A stretch of 64,000 nucleotides of DNA, from assembly GCA_964188305.1 (NCBI GenBank), contig OZ076886.1, one strand, 5' to 3'. Both the position numbers and the translations under genes were made by a program. Origin of the DNA: Podarcis bocagei (taxonomy: Eukaryota). Every line of letters begins with the position of its first letter. Within the stretch, counting starts at the first letter, position 1. Under the pieces are notes generated by a model. It was not told the DNA's origin. It searched no databases and saw only the letters and a list, made by a program, of their open reading frames with translations. This document shows, piece after piece, positions 12,751 to 23,017 of this stretch.

Positions 12751-14631
12751 ATGGAAAAGTTTTTGAAAAGAAAAGAACTGGACTCTGAACAAAATTTGGA
12801 GCCAGATGAGAGGCCAAGTACGAGTGGGCATGAAAAGAAAGCAAAGATGGATAGCTCAAGCAAATTCTCTGTCACAAGGCAATATAGCGAAAGCTATATT
12901 TCATTTGGATTTACTTTCACCGGAGATGCAAACCAACCAACTCCACTGTGCGTGGTGTGTGGTGAAAAGCTAGCTAACAGTGCTATTGTGCCAAGCAAAC
13001 TTAAACGCCATCTCCAAACGAAACACCCTTCGCTTAAAAACAAGAATGTGGACTATTTTGTTCGCCTGCGTGAAAACACGGAGAAACAGGCAACTCTCCT
13101 GAGACAAACCTCAAAGGTAAATGAAAGAGCTCTTAAAGCTAGCTATCACGTTGCTGAACTTATAGCCAAGACAAAAAAGTCGCACACTGTGGCAGAGACA
13201 TTAATACTTCCCGCCTGCAAAGCTATTGTGGAGGAGATGCTCGGACCTGAAGCAGCTAAGGAAATAGCCAAGGTCCCTCTCTCAAACAACACAATTTCCA
13301 GACGTATTGATGACATGTCTGCAGACATTGAAAGTGTGGTTTTGGAAAAGATCCATAGTAGTGAGAAATTTGCATTACAACTGGACGAGTCTACTGATAT
13401 CAGTGGACATGCTCAACTCTTGGCCAATGTGCGTTTTGTTGATGGTGATGCAATTAGAGAAAACTTCTTTTTCTGCAAGGCATTGCCAGAAAAAGCAACA
13501 GGAGAAGAAATTTTTCGGGTCACATCAGAATACCTTGAACAAGGAGGACTTAAGTGGGAAAACTGCATAAGTGTCTGCACCGATGGAGCTGCAGCCATGG
13601 TCGGGCACACCAAAGGCTTTGTAAGCAGAGTGAAGGAAAGAAATCCAAATGTTATTGTTACGCATTGTTTTTTGCACCGTGAGACCCTCGTAGCCAAGAC
13701 TCTACCAGCAGACCTAGTTCATGTGTTGGATGATGTTGTGCGCATGGTAAACTTTGTAAAGTCACGACCCGTGAAAAGTCGCATATTTGCAGCCTTGTGT
13801 GAGGAGATGGGAGCGAAGCATAAAACCTTGCTGTTTCATACGGAGGTCCGGTGGTTGTCGCGTGGCAAGGTCTTGGTTCGTGTGTATGAGCTGCGGGAGG
13901 AACTTAAAGTGTTTCTGACAAATGAGAGGACAGATTACGCAAAGCTGCTTGCAAGTGATGAATGGTGTGCAAGGCTGGCATACCTGGCAGATATATTTCA
14001 TCATCTGAATGAACTGAACACACGAATGCAAGGCCGAAATGAAAACCTGCTTACAAGTACAGATAAAATAAATGGATTCCGTGCAAAGCTGCAACTCTGG
14101 CATCAACACGTGGAAAGTGGCAATCTTGAAATGTTCACACTCACCAAGCAATGGCAAGGTGTTCACACTGCTGCACTGTGTGAGATAATAGCTAAACATT
14201 TAAAAACTCTCGAGGGGAAGTTGTCATTTTATTTCTCTTCAGTCTCCACTGAATGCCTTGACTGGGTTAGGGACCCTTATAGCTCAGCATCAGTTGGTGG
14301 AAAGGACATGACTTTACAGGAGCAGGAGGAACTAACTGAACTGAGACAAAATCGTGGTTTCAAGCTAAGATTTGCTGATCTACCTTTGGACAGTTTTTGG
14401 TTGGAAACTGCCAAGGAGTTCCCCCTTCTGGCAAACAAAGCTATTTTGACATTGCTCCCATTTTCCACTACATATCTCTGTGAGTTGAGCTTTTCAAGCA
14501 TGATTGCTATAAAAACTAAATACAGAGAGAGACTGAGAGCTGTTGACGAAGAGCTACGTGTGTGTCTTTCTTCGATTCCAGCCAGAATATCAGCTTTGTG
14601 TTCAGCCAAACAGGCCCAGGTTGCGCACTGA
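12751..14631 (+). CDS. hAT transposase, Buster/Charlie family (ZBED5/SCAND3/FAM200-like), 626 aa from first ATG
   Basis: Uninterrupted ORF with BED zinc finger (CVVC...HLQTKH), catalytic D (QLDEST), D (CTDGA), CxxH (HCFLH), RW (VRWLS) and catalytic E in the C-terminal region (YLCELSFS). The ORF track starts at a GTG at 12658; the first ATG is at 12751. Confidence 0.95.
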   Translation: MEKFLKRKELDSEQNLEPDERPSTSGHEKKAKMDSSSKFSVTRQYSESYISFGFTFTGDANQPTPLCVVCGEKLANSAIVPSKLKRHLQTKHPSLKNKNVDYFVRLRENTEKQATLLRQTSKVNERALKASYHVAELIAKTKKSHTVAETLILPACKAIVEEMLGPEAAKEIAKVPLSNNTISRRIDDMSADIESVVLEKIHSSEKFALQLDESTDISGHAQLLANVRFVDGDAIRENFFFCKALPEKATGEEIFRVTSEYLEQGGLKWENCISVCTDGAAAMVGHTKGFVSRVKERNPNVIVTHCFLHRETLVAKTLPADLVHVLDDVVRMVNFVKSRPVKSRIFAALCEEMGAKHKTLLFHTEVRWLSRGKVLVRVYELREELKVFLTNERTDYAKLLASDEWCARLAYLADIFHHLNELNTRMQGRNENLLTSTDKINGFRAKLQLWHQHVESGNLEMFTLTKQWQGVHTAALCEIIAKHLKTLEGKLSFYFSSVSTECLDWVRDPYSSASVGGKDMTLQEQEELTELRQNRGFKLRFADLPLDSFWLETAKEFPLLANKAILTLLPFSTTYLCELSFSSMIAIKTKYRERLRAVDEELRVCLSSIPARISALCSAKQAQVAH

Positions 14632-15190
14632 ATCAAGTATTTTATAATTTTTCATATTTCTGTTTACTTACCATTTCATAATAAAGTAATTATAAAATAC
14701 TTTCTTTGTGTTTATTTGATTCCTATTAAAGAGAGTTACTTTATATATAGTCAATATAGGCAAAGAGTTAATTTTTAAAACATTTTCTAATGGTGGTGTG
14801 CCTCGAGATTTTTTTCATGAAACAAGTGTGCCTTTGCCCAAAAAAGGTTGGGAAACACTGATCTAAGGGGCTGTCACATGGAAGATGGAGCAAGCTTGTT
14901 TTTTCCTGCTCTGGAGGCTAGGACTGGAACCAATGGCTTCAAATTACAAGAAAGGAGATTCCCACTAAACATCAGAAAGAACTTTATGATGATAAGAGCT
15001 GTTTGACAGTGGAACAGACTCCCAGGAGAGGTGGTGGACTCTCCTTTATTGGAGGTTTTAAAGCAGAGGATCTGCCTTAGATGCTTTAGTTGAGATTCCT
15101 GCATTACAGGGGGTTGGACCAACTCTATAATTCTCTGATTCAATGAAAACAACAATGATGTTTAAACATCCAATACAGTTACAGAATCTA

Positions 15191-15553
15191 CCGTATTTTT
15201 CGCTCTATAACATGCACCAGACCATAACATGCACGTAGTTTTTAGAGGAGGAAAACAAGGAAAAAATATTCTAAACGAAATAGTGGATATATGATTTTTG
15301 TGGTTCATCCTGTGGCCACAGACATGTGATCTGACAGTGAGTTTTGAGTAGCCCAATGCAAAAATCCTGAGGATCCATGTGGATCCACGTTTTGTAACCA
15401 CGAAGGAGGAAAGGAAGGGGAACCATGGATCCTCTGCTCACCACTGCAGCAGATCCCCCCGCCACCCGCAGGCATTCGCTCCGTAACACGCATAGACATT
15501 TCCCCTTATTTTCTAGGAGGAAAAAAGTGAGTGTTATGGTGCAAAAAATACGG
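15191..15553. mobile_element. TA-targeting MITE with CCGTATTTTT termini (Tc1/mariner superfamily)
   Basis: TA-CCGTATTTTTCG ... AAAAAATACGG-TA. Confidence 0.8.
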
Positions 15554-15751
15554 TAATCTAAACTGGACCTTATCTTATAGATGCAGTTTGTGGAACTGTA
15601 TAGATTTTACATAAGAGGCCTTTGTGTTTTAGACTACAGCCACGCTTGCACCTTGCATTTAAAGCACACTACTCTAAACAGTCAGGACTTCCCCCAAAGA
15701 TTCCTGGGAACTTTAGTTTATTAAGAATATGGGGATTTCTTAGGACAACCC

Positions 15752-16067
15752 TGTCGCGTATTCCACGCGGCGTTTTCAGCAAAACACTTAAGAGTTCCAG
15801 GTTTTTCAGTGCAGTCCTTTTTAATGTGAGCTATATACAGGCATTTACAAAAGAAACAGTCCATACAGAGTACTTACAAACGAATACTCTCCACCACAGC
15901 ACCACCACACTACAGCACAACCACCACACCCCCTGTTAAACAGGCTTTCCTTTTTAAAACAGCCAATTACACTAATCACACTCCTGCTGAGTCACTCTGA
16001 CCCAGCAGAGTATTGCATCATCCTGTTGAAGCCTGCAGACTTATCCAGTATCCTGCGAATCCCAACA
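15752..16067 (-). repeat. 3' LTR of the copia element
   Basis: 316 bp, preceded on the minus strand by the polypurine tract AAGGAGGAG (16068-16076), which overlaps the stop codon. Confidence 0.95.
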
Positions 16068-16074
16068 CTCCTCC

Positions 16075-19000
16075 TTAAGTCAAAGGCTTGAGACCCAATA
16101 ATTCTCTTAAGTCTCGAAATTTAGGAGCATCCAAACATTTTGTATACAAATCTGCCACATTACATTTTGTGTTACAGTGCTGTACCTTTAACACATTTCT
16201 TTCCAAAGCATTTTTCACATTTCCGTATCTTATCGCAATATGTTTACTCTTGCTCTTAAAGTTCTGTTGGTTGGCAAGCTGTTGTGCAGCCATGTTGTCA
16301 CTTAGCACAGTGATTGGCATTTCAGAAGGTATTCCAAGCTCTTTTGTTAGGCAAGCAAACCACTCTATTTGTGATACACATTCGCTTATGGCTGAGTACT
16401 CTGCTTCACAAGTACTTGTGGCAACAAATGTTTGTTTCTGGGATTTCCACTGAACCAGGGCATTTCCAATATATATGGCATAGCCAGTGGTAGACTTTCC
16501 ATTTTCTCTGTCTCCCCAGCTGGCATCAGCATATGCATACACTTGCTGATCATGTCCTGTATCCAGCACCAGTTTGTAATCTTTTGTGCCTTTCAGATAC
16601 CTTAGGATTCTTTTAAGTGCTACCCAATCTCTCTGAGCCGGGTCTGCACTTCTTTGGCTTAACATGTGCACTGCCAATGTTATGTCGGGTCTTGTCCAAC
16701 AACTTAAATATAACAGAGAACCCAACAGAGAATGAAACGCTGTTGCATTCTCACATTTTTGCCCTTCTGGTTCATTTTTGTACTGGGTAGTTATGGGAGT
16801 GTCAACCTCATTTGCCCTCTCCATTCCATATGTCTTCAGTAACTTTTCGATTTTTTCCTTCTGACTCAGAGAGTAAATGCCCTCTTCATTTCTCTGAACC
16901 TCTACTCCTAAGTAATTTTGAATCTCTCCCAAATACTTCAGTTTGTATTTGTTACCTAGGCTGTTTATAAACCAAGACACTTGCTTTTGTGCAGTTGTTA
17001 TTAGACAGATATCATCAACATACAAAAGTAAATAACAAACACTTCCTTGCACCATTGCTGAATATAAACAGGAATCAGCCAGGCTTTGTTTGAATCCCAT
17101 CTTTTTCAAAGTTGTGTCTATGCATTCATGCCATAGACGTGCACTTTGGTGTAAACCGTATAGTGCCCTTTGCAGTTTTAACACCATGCTGTCTTTTTCT
17201 AGCTCATAACCTGGTATTTGCTGTAAATATACCTCGGCGTCAATAGGAGCATTTAAATATGCTGAGGCAACATCAAAATGATTAACTTTTAACCCTCTCA
17301 GACTTGCCATTGCTAAAACTGATTTTACTGTTTCAGCCTTTGCTGTTGGGGCAAACACTTCATCATAATGTATCATTTTCCTCTGTGTAAAGCCCCGTGC
17401 AACCAACCTGGCTTTCCTCTGACAACTACCATCAGCCAGCTTTTTCACTTTAAAAACCCACTTACAGCTTATGGGCTTTTTACCTTCAGGCAATTCTGTA
17501 GGTACAAACACATTGTTGTTTAGCAGAGAGTTATACTCTGCCTGCATTGCCTTTAACCACGCCTCTTTCTCTAGAGTAGGTAACTCTTGCACTTCTTCAA
17601 AGTTTTCTGGCTCAGTTATACAAACCTGGTTTATGGTGGCTGGGAACCCATAACGGTCTGGAGGTTGACCTTTATTACTTCTTGCAGACCTCCTTGGTTC
17701 ATTAATCTCACCCCCTGGGCTACCTTCAGGACTGCTTTTGGGGTGGATTGACTCTGGAGATCTACCTCCTCCTGTCCCTGTTGCACTTTCTTCTCTCCCC
17801 TGCTCCATGCTAGCAGCTGGAGAAAAATGCTCAACCTTTACTTCCTCCCTTTCAGTTTCTCTGGGAGAGCTGCCAATTCTTAGCTTTGTTTCAACTGCCT
17901 TATTAGGTATGCTCGGCAGTAAAACTTTTCCTGGCAGCAGGTTTGCATGTATCTTGGGCCAATTTCTTTGCTCATTAAAGCTGGCTGATCTACTATAACT
18001 CAAAAGGTTTTTATCATCTTCAAACCTATAGGCTTTCGTACCACTTTCATACCCAAGAAATAGCAACTGCTGTGCCCTTTTCCCACCTTTTCTTCGGTTT
18101 TTCACAGGTATGTCAACCCATGCCTTTGTCCCAAAGATTCTTAAATGTTGCAAACTGGGACTTTTATTATAGAGAATTTTATAGGGTATGTCATCTAGTA
18201 CCCTTGACCACAAGCGATTCCCAATATAATTTGCGGTCTTAATACTTTCAGCCCAGTACTTAATTGGAAGATTTGCATCTGCTAACAATGCTTTCATTTG
18301 TGTCTGCAAGACACCTCCCCTACGCTCTGCTACTCCGTTCTCCTGAGGCGTGGCCACATTGGTAAGCCTATGTTTAATCCCTTGGGAATGCAACCAGTTT
18401 CTTAGGGAGCTTGCCATAAACTCCCCTCCCCTGTCTGACTGAATAGAGCACACCTTTTCACCAAGTTGCCTTTCTACCCTTCTTACCCAGAACTTCAAAG
18501 TTTGGGCAACGTCAGACTTTTGCTTTAATGGATAGACCCAGCCAAATCTAGAAAAATCATCCACTAGGATCAAACAGTACTTGTTGTGGGAGACACTAGG
18601 TGGAAAAGGACCAGTTACATCAGCATGAATCAACTCCAGTGGTTTTTTGGTTTCTCTCTGGCTTGCTCTTGCTACTGGGCAAGCCCTGCTTTTAACCTCC
18701 TTGCAGATATTGCAGTCTAAGTAATTATCACAACTTTTTATGTTTTTCATCCCCCCACACAACTCCAATGTTTTGTTTAGCACCTTATAGCTAGCATGAG
18801 CCAGACGCCTGTGCAGGAGATGAATACACATATCATGGGTTGGGACATTTTGCACATTTGCAACCTTAGATTCACACTGCAGTACATACATATTAGTTCT
18901 AAGGCTAGCATTTGCCAACACTGCCCCATTTTGCTTTATCTGGCACTGATCTCCCACAAAATTTACTTCAAAGCCTGCCTTTGCCAAATCAGGAATGCTC

Positions 19001-20025
19001 AGGAGATTGTTTTGCAAACTAGGCACACACAACACATTCCTGAATGTGTGTCCCAGCTGTGGGAACACAACCTCCCCCTCACAAACCACATTAGCTTTCT
19101 GGCCCGTAGCAAGACTTACATGTTTTTTGTTTGAAGCCCTAGCATCAGTTAGCAATCCTTTTCTTTTACAAAAGGTTTGAGAAGCTCCACTGTCCAGAAC
19201 CCACAGCTCTTCCTTTTCTTGACTATCTGCAGACACCCAAGCAGTAGACTCTCTCTGCTGCCTCCTGTGCTTCTGCTGTTTTTGTTGTTTCCTCGGGCAG
19301 TCCCGCAGCAGATGTCCACTGGACTTGCAGCAAAAACACCTTTTTACTTTGTTGACCACCGGCTGGTCTGCAGCAGCTCCTCCTGGCTGTTTCTCCGGCA
19401 CCCGACACCTCTGCTCTTCCCGGCTGTTGTTCCCTCTGGGATGCTCCAACAGCTGGGCTGAGGTCATCTTTCGCTCTGCACGCCTGTCCTCCTCTGCATA
19501 CAACCGTCCGGTCATGTATTCCAGAGTCAGCTTATCAGTCTCTACAGACTCGAGGGAGTTGACCAGCATATCATAGCTGTCGTCAAGGGAACTCAGGACT
19601 ATAAAGACTTTGTCCTCTTCCCCCACAGGCCTCCCTCTTGAGGCTAGCTCCTGGAAACAGCCTGTTAGGAATTTTAGGTGGTTTACCAGGGAGTCCCCCG
19701 GTTTCTTCCGACACCGGTACAGTCTCCTGGTCAGTGTTATCAGTGAGCCAGCTGTCTCTCGCACATGGACAGCCTTGAGCGCATTCCACGCCTCACTTGC
19801 CGTCACCTTATCAGCTACGTAGACTAGCTGGCTGTCGTCCACTCCAAGGATGATCGTAGCCAAAGCTTTCTCATCCTTTTCATCCTCCTCAGGGGGCTGC
19901 GGTGGCTCTTCCACCACCTTCCACAGGCCCTCACGCTTGAGGAAGTGTTGCATGCGGACCGACCAGATGCTGTAGTTCGTGGCCGTCAGCTTCTCCAGCA
20001 ACACGCCAGTTCTGGACTGCTCCAT
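16075..20025 (-). CDS. Copia gag-pol polyprotein, 1316 aa
   Basis: Gag with CCHC knuckle (CFCCKSSGHLLRDC), protease (WVLDSGAS), integrase (HRRLAH, HADVTGP, SDRGGEF, NGVAER), RT (KARLVARGF, LYGLHQS, YVDD) and RNase H (YADASW, CEAEY, SDN), in the copia order PR-IN-RT-RH. Confidence 0.97.
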   Translation of the reverse strand: MEQSRTGVLLEKLTATNYSIWSVRMQHFLKREGLWKVVEEPPQPPEEDEKDEKALATIILGVDDSQLVYVADKVTASEAWNALKAVHVRETAGSLITLTRRLYRCRKKPGDSLVNHLKFLTGCFQELASRGRPVGEEDKVFIVLSSLDDSYDMLVNSLESVETDKLTLEYMTGRLYAEEDRRAERKMTSAQLLEHPRGNNSREEQRCRVPEKQPGGAAADQPVVNKVKRCFCCKSSGHLLRDCPRKQQKQQKHRRQQRESTAWVSADSQEKEELWVLDSGASQTFCKRKGLLTDARASNKKHVSLATGQKANVVCEGEVVFPQLGHTFRNVLCVPSLQNNLLSIPDLAKAGFEVNFVGDQCQIKQNGAVLANASLRTNMYVLQCESKVANVQNVPTHDMCIHLLHRRLAHASYKVLNKTLELCGGMKNIKSCDNYLDCNICKEVKSRACPVARASQRETKKPLELIHADVTGPFPPSVSHNKYCLILVDDFSRFGWVYPLKQKSDVAQTLKFWVRRVERQLGEKVCSIQSDRGGEFMASSLRNWLHSQGIKHRLTNVATPQENGVAERRGGVLQTQMKALLADANLPIKYWAESIKTANYIGNRLWSRVLDDIPYKILYNKSPSLQHLRIFGTKAWVDIPVKNRRKGGKRAQQLLFLGYESGTKAYRFEDDKNLLSYSRSASFNEQRNWPKIHANLLPGKVLLPSIPNKAVETKLRIGSSPRETEREEVKVEHFSPAASMEQGREESATGTGGGRSPESIHPKSSPEGSPGGEINEPRRSARSNKGQPPDRYGFPATINQVCITEPENFEEVQELPTLEKEAWLKAMQAEYNSLLNNNVFVPTELPEGKKPISCKWVFKVKKLADGSCQRKARLVARGFTQRKMIHYDEVFAPTAKAETVKSVLAMASLRGLKVNHFDVASAYLNAPIDAEVYLQQIPGYELEKDSMVLKLQRALYGLHQSARLWHECIDTTLKKMGFKQSLADSCLYSAMVQGSVCYLLLYVDDICLITTAQKQVSWFINSLGNKYKLKYLGEIQNYLGVEVQRNEEGIYSLSQKEKIEKLLKTYGMERANEVDTPITTQYKNEPEGQKCENATAFHSLLGSLLYLSCWTRPDITLAVHMLSQRSADPAQRDWVALKRILRYLKGTKDYKLVLDTGHDQQVYAYADASWGDRENGKSTTGYAIYIGNALVQWKSQKQTFVATSTCEAEYSAISECVSQIEWFACLTKELGIPSEMPITVLSDNMAAQQLANQQNFKSKSKHIAIRYGNVKNALERNVLKVQHCNTKCNVADLYTKCLDAPKFRDLRELLGLKPLT

Positions 20026-20078
20026 CCCTGCAGCTCACCTCCAGCACCCACGGCTAGATAACTGCCACCTGTACTCTT

Positions 20079-20109
20079 GCGCAGCGGAAGCGTGCTGGGC
20101 CCATAACCC
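20079..20109 (-). promoter_or_regulatory. Primer-binding site complementary to the 5' half of initiator tRNA-Met
   Basis: Plus strand reads GCGCAGCGGAAGCGTGCTGGGCCCATAACCC, equal to about nt 10-40 of recalled vertebrate tRNA-iMet. Abuts the 5' LTR. Confidence 0.9.
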
Positions 20110-20424
20110 TGTCGCGTATTCCACGCGGCGTTTTCAGCAAAACACTTAAGAGTTCCAGGTTTTTCAGTGCAGTCCTTTTTAATGTGAGCTATATACAGGC
20201 ATTTACAAAAGAAACAGTCCATACAGAGTACTTACAAACGAATACTCTCCACCACAGCACCACCACACTACAGCACAACCACCACACCCCCTGTTAAACA
20301 GGCTTTCCTTTTAAAACAGCCAATTACACTAATCACACTCCTGCTGAGTCACTCTGACCCAGCAGAGTATTGCATCATCCTGTTGAAGCCTGCAGACTTA
20401 TCCAGTATCCTGCGAATCCCAACA
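20110..20424 (-). repeat. 5' LTR of the copia element
   Basis: 315 bp, direct repeat of 15752-16067, adjacent to the PBS. Confidence 0.95.
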
Positions 20425-21082
20425 AACCCTACTGTCCTCACAGAGCTAGAATTCAGAGTTGTTTAATGCTCAGTCTCTCTTCCCAGGAAACGTTGGAAAA
20501 CGTAGCTCTCTGTGTGGGTGGGATAGAGGGTCTTCAAGCAACCCTTAGTGCCCTTTACAAATTGCAGTTCCCAATATTTTTTGGGGGAAGCTCAAACAAC
20601 TGATGACATTAAACAAGATTAATGAGCAGTGCTGGTGTGCAGAGGTGGGGAGGGAGTGGAGCTCCACTAAAGCCCACATCTATTGATTGGGCATGCTTGA
20701 TTCCTCTGCTTTTGCTGACATTGCAGTAATATATTCATGGCCCAGCAGGAAAAAAAAATGCATATTCTTAGAAGGAAATTGCTTTCTGTTATTTTCCATT
20801 TGTAAACAAGTGAAAGCAAGGCCCTATACCACTCTAGGTTTATTCACAGCACCAAAAGTCACTCAATGGTGGCTTCTTCACACATGCATCTTTCTCCCAC
20901 ATTTGCTCTGACCTGCAAAATGCAAATTCTAATTCAATGTATAAGGTATATGTATATTGGTAGTTGCGGCCTGACACATCAGCAGGCAGAACTCTTGAGC
21001 AGTGGCCGAGGGCGTGCCATTGCTGATGTTGCTCCCCTAGGCTGCCTTTTCCTGGTATTCTGTAGTGTGCTGGGCAGGAGTA

Positions 21083-21084
<2 letters not shown>

Positions 21085-21137
<53 letters not shown>

Positions 21138-21303
21138 TTATTATTTATACCCCGCCCATCTGGCTGAGTTTCCCCAGCCACTCTGGGCGGCTCCCAATCA
21201 ATGTTAAAAACAGTACAGCGTTACATATTAAAAACTTCCCTGAAAGGGCTGCCTTAAGATGTCTTCTGAATGTCAGGTAATTATTTATCTCTTTGACATC
21301 TGA
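21085..21303 (-). mobile_element. LINE 3' end (probably L2) with a (TTA)n tail
   Basis: (TAA)n followed by TTTATTATTTATACCCCGCCCATCTGGCTG...CTCTGGGCGGCT. A shorter copy lies at ~56432-56520. Confidence 0.6.
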
Positions 21304-21939
21304 GCCATTGGAACTGCTTGCAGTATTGCTTGTGGGCCATTACAGTGGCAGCTATTTAGCCTGTTTTGACCATGTGTCCTATTTCATTGAACATGAATGA
21401 CATCTGAAGGTGGCAGTCCTTGGGTGCCTAGGTAAAAGAGAGAATAGGGATCCTGAACCACAAAGAGCTCTGTTGGAAAAGGAATTCTATCCCATGCCTT
21501 TCCCCCGCAATCATACTTAGTCCACCAGCTAGGCAGTATGGTTCAACAGGCTGAAGGAGATGCAGGACCTAGGAGAGCTCCCAGTAGACTGCTTACATCA
21601 ATGAGGTCTGGCACTCAACTGAGGTCTTTTATATCCCTGTTGGGCCAGGCTCCCTCCACTTCCTTAAAGGGATAGTTCTCTGACCTGATGCCTGGCACTC
21701 CATTGCCTCTCAGTTAGCCCTCAACTTGTGCATTGCCTATGCTGGCAAGCAGGAACTGGAAAGCCTGAGGCTCCTAATTTAAAAGTTCCTCAGAACTCAG
21801 TGGTTGCTGTTTCATGGGGTCTTGGCCTCAAGGGACTCCTACAGTTTAGGCTTGTTTTCTGCCCTAAGTATGCCCTCTCAAAGCTGGAAATGGCTTTTGG
21901 GGGCTGGCTCATGGGTATTTATTTTAGCCTACCACTAGA

Positions 21940-22066
21940 TGCTGGCCACGTGACCCGGAAGTGTCTTCGGACAGCGCTGGCCCCCGGCCTCTTAAGTGAG
22001 ATGGGCGCACAACCCTAGAGTCGGACACGACTGGCCCGTATGGGCAGGGGTACCTTTACCTTTACT
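21940..22066 (-). mobile_element. Partial Sauria-type SINE
   Basis: Ends in GGGGTACCTTTACCTTTA with AGAGTCGGACACGACTG, the reverse complement of a Sauria SINE head. Confidence 0.6.
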
Positions 22067-22365
22067 TACCACTAGATGCACCCCTTCGGTATCAAAAGGG
22101 ACACCATATTCTTGCCCAGTTCCCTTTTTTTTCTTTCTACAATAAAGTTGGTGCTGACCTTTCCATAGTGAGGAGGCTTGCACATCAATAACCAATAAAA
22201 CATTCTAAAATAGCTTTGTAATTTTTTTTTAACAGTACTTTGCCCTTTTATGGCCTGAAATGCAGGATTTATGTGAACTTTTCCTAGCATGCAGACAGAA
22301 TAGGAGGTAAAATGCCACCTGCTTCAGCTCTGTATATCAGGTTGCTAATAAGCCATGGAAATGGA

Positions 22366-22367
<2 letters not shown>

Positions 22368-22405
<38 letters not shown>
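22368..22405. repeat. (CA)n microsatellite
   Basis: Direct reading of the sequence. Confidence 0.95.
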
Positions 22406-22407
<2 letters not shown>

Positions 22408-22775
22408 CTCAGCCAATAGTGGCCTTTGTGGGACCCACTCACCTAACACTGATGTCACCTCAGCTTACCTGGATTGCAATGAGGCACAATAGGAACCAAT
22501 CTGGTGCTCCCACCAGTGTGCCCCCACCTTGCCAGCCCAACATATCCAGGTAAGCTGCAGCTAAGCCAGTAATCAGAAGGTGGATCCGTAGCCCAGCTCC
22601 ACCACATGGGACATTAATGATGTGAACTTCTCATCTAGTGTCTCCTCCCTGCATCAGGACTGCATACACATTATCCCAAGCTGAGAGAACTAGGAAATTG
22701 TGGAGGCGCAGAGATTTTTTGCCGGATCAATGGAGATCAACTGAGTTGCCAAAGAGAGGGTAGAGTTACCGTATG

Positions 22776-23017
22776 CAGTGGTACCTCGGGTTACATACAC
22801 TTCAGGTGACATACGCTTCAGGTTACAGACTCCACTAACCCAGAAATAGTATCTCGGGTTAAGAACTTTGCTTCAAGATGAGAACAGAAATCGTGCTCCG
22901 GTGGTGCGGCAGCAGTGGGAGGCCCCATTAGCTAAAGTGGTGCTTAAGGTTAAGAACAGTTTCAGGTTAAGAACGGACCTCCAGAACGAATTAAGTACTT
23001 AACCCGAGGTACCACTG
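22776..23017. mobile_element. Tc1/mariner-type MITE (CAGTGGTACCTC family), opposite orientation
   Basis: TIRs CAGTGGTACCTCGGGTTA; reverse complement of the 7615 copy. Confidence 0.85.

Larger units (their letters stand above)
10613..14860 (+). mobile_element. Autonomous hAT (Buster/Charlie-type) DNA transposon with cargo-bearing 5' arm
   Basis: 15-bp TIR CAGTGTTTCCCAACC at 10613 and its reverse complement GGTTGGGAAACACTG ending at 14860. Perfect TA-centred 8-bp TSD ATCTAAGG at 10605-10612 and 14861-14868. Contains an intact transposase ORF. Confidence 0.95.
9979..15135 (+). mobile_element. CR1 LINE 3' fragment split by nested insertions (pieces ~9979-10242 and ~14861-15135)
   Basis: Left piece encodes VQRRATKIIKGLETKPYEEWLKEL...AIFK. 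Removing the inserts restores AIFKYLRGCHMEDGASLF...KLQERRF, typical of the CR1 ORF2 C-terminus. Confidence 0.85.
15752..20424 (-). mobile_element. Full-length Ty1/copia LTR retrotransposon
   Basis: TG...CA LTRs at 15752-16067 and 20110-20424; the only difference I saw by eye is a 1-nt T-run indel. 5-bp TSD AACCC at 15747-15751 and 20425-20429. PBS, PPT and a single intact ORF are present. Confidence 0.97.

Noticed and set aside
12658-14631. Domesticated ZBED/FAM200/SCAND3 host gene
   Set aside because: Intact TIRs, a perfect TSD, insertion into a CR1 and a sibling element all indicate a transposon.
20079-20109. tRNA-iMet gene
   Set aside because: Only a 31-nt internal segment with no acceptor stem or T arm, positioned as a PBS.
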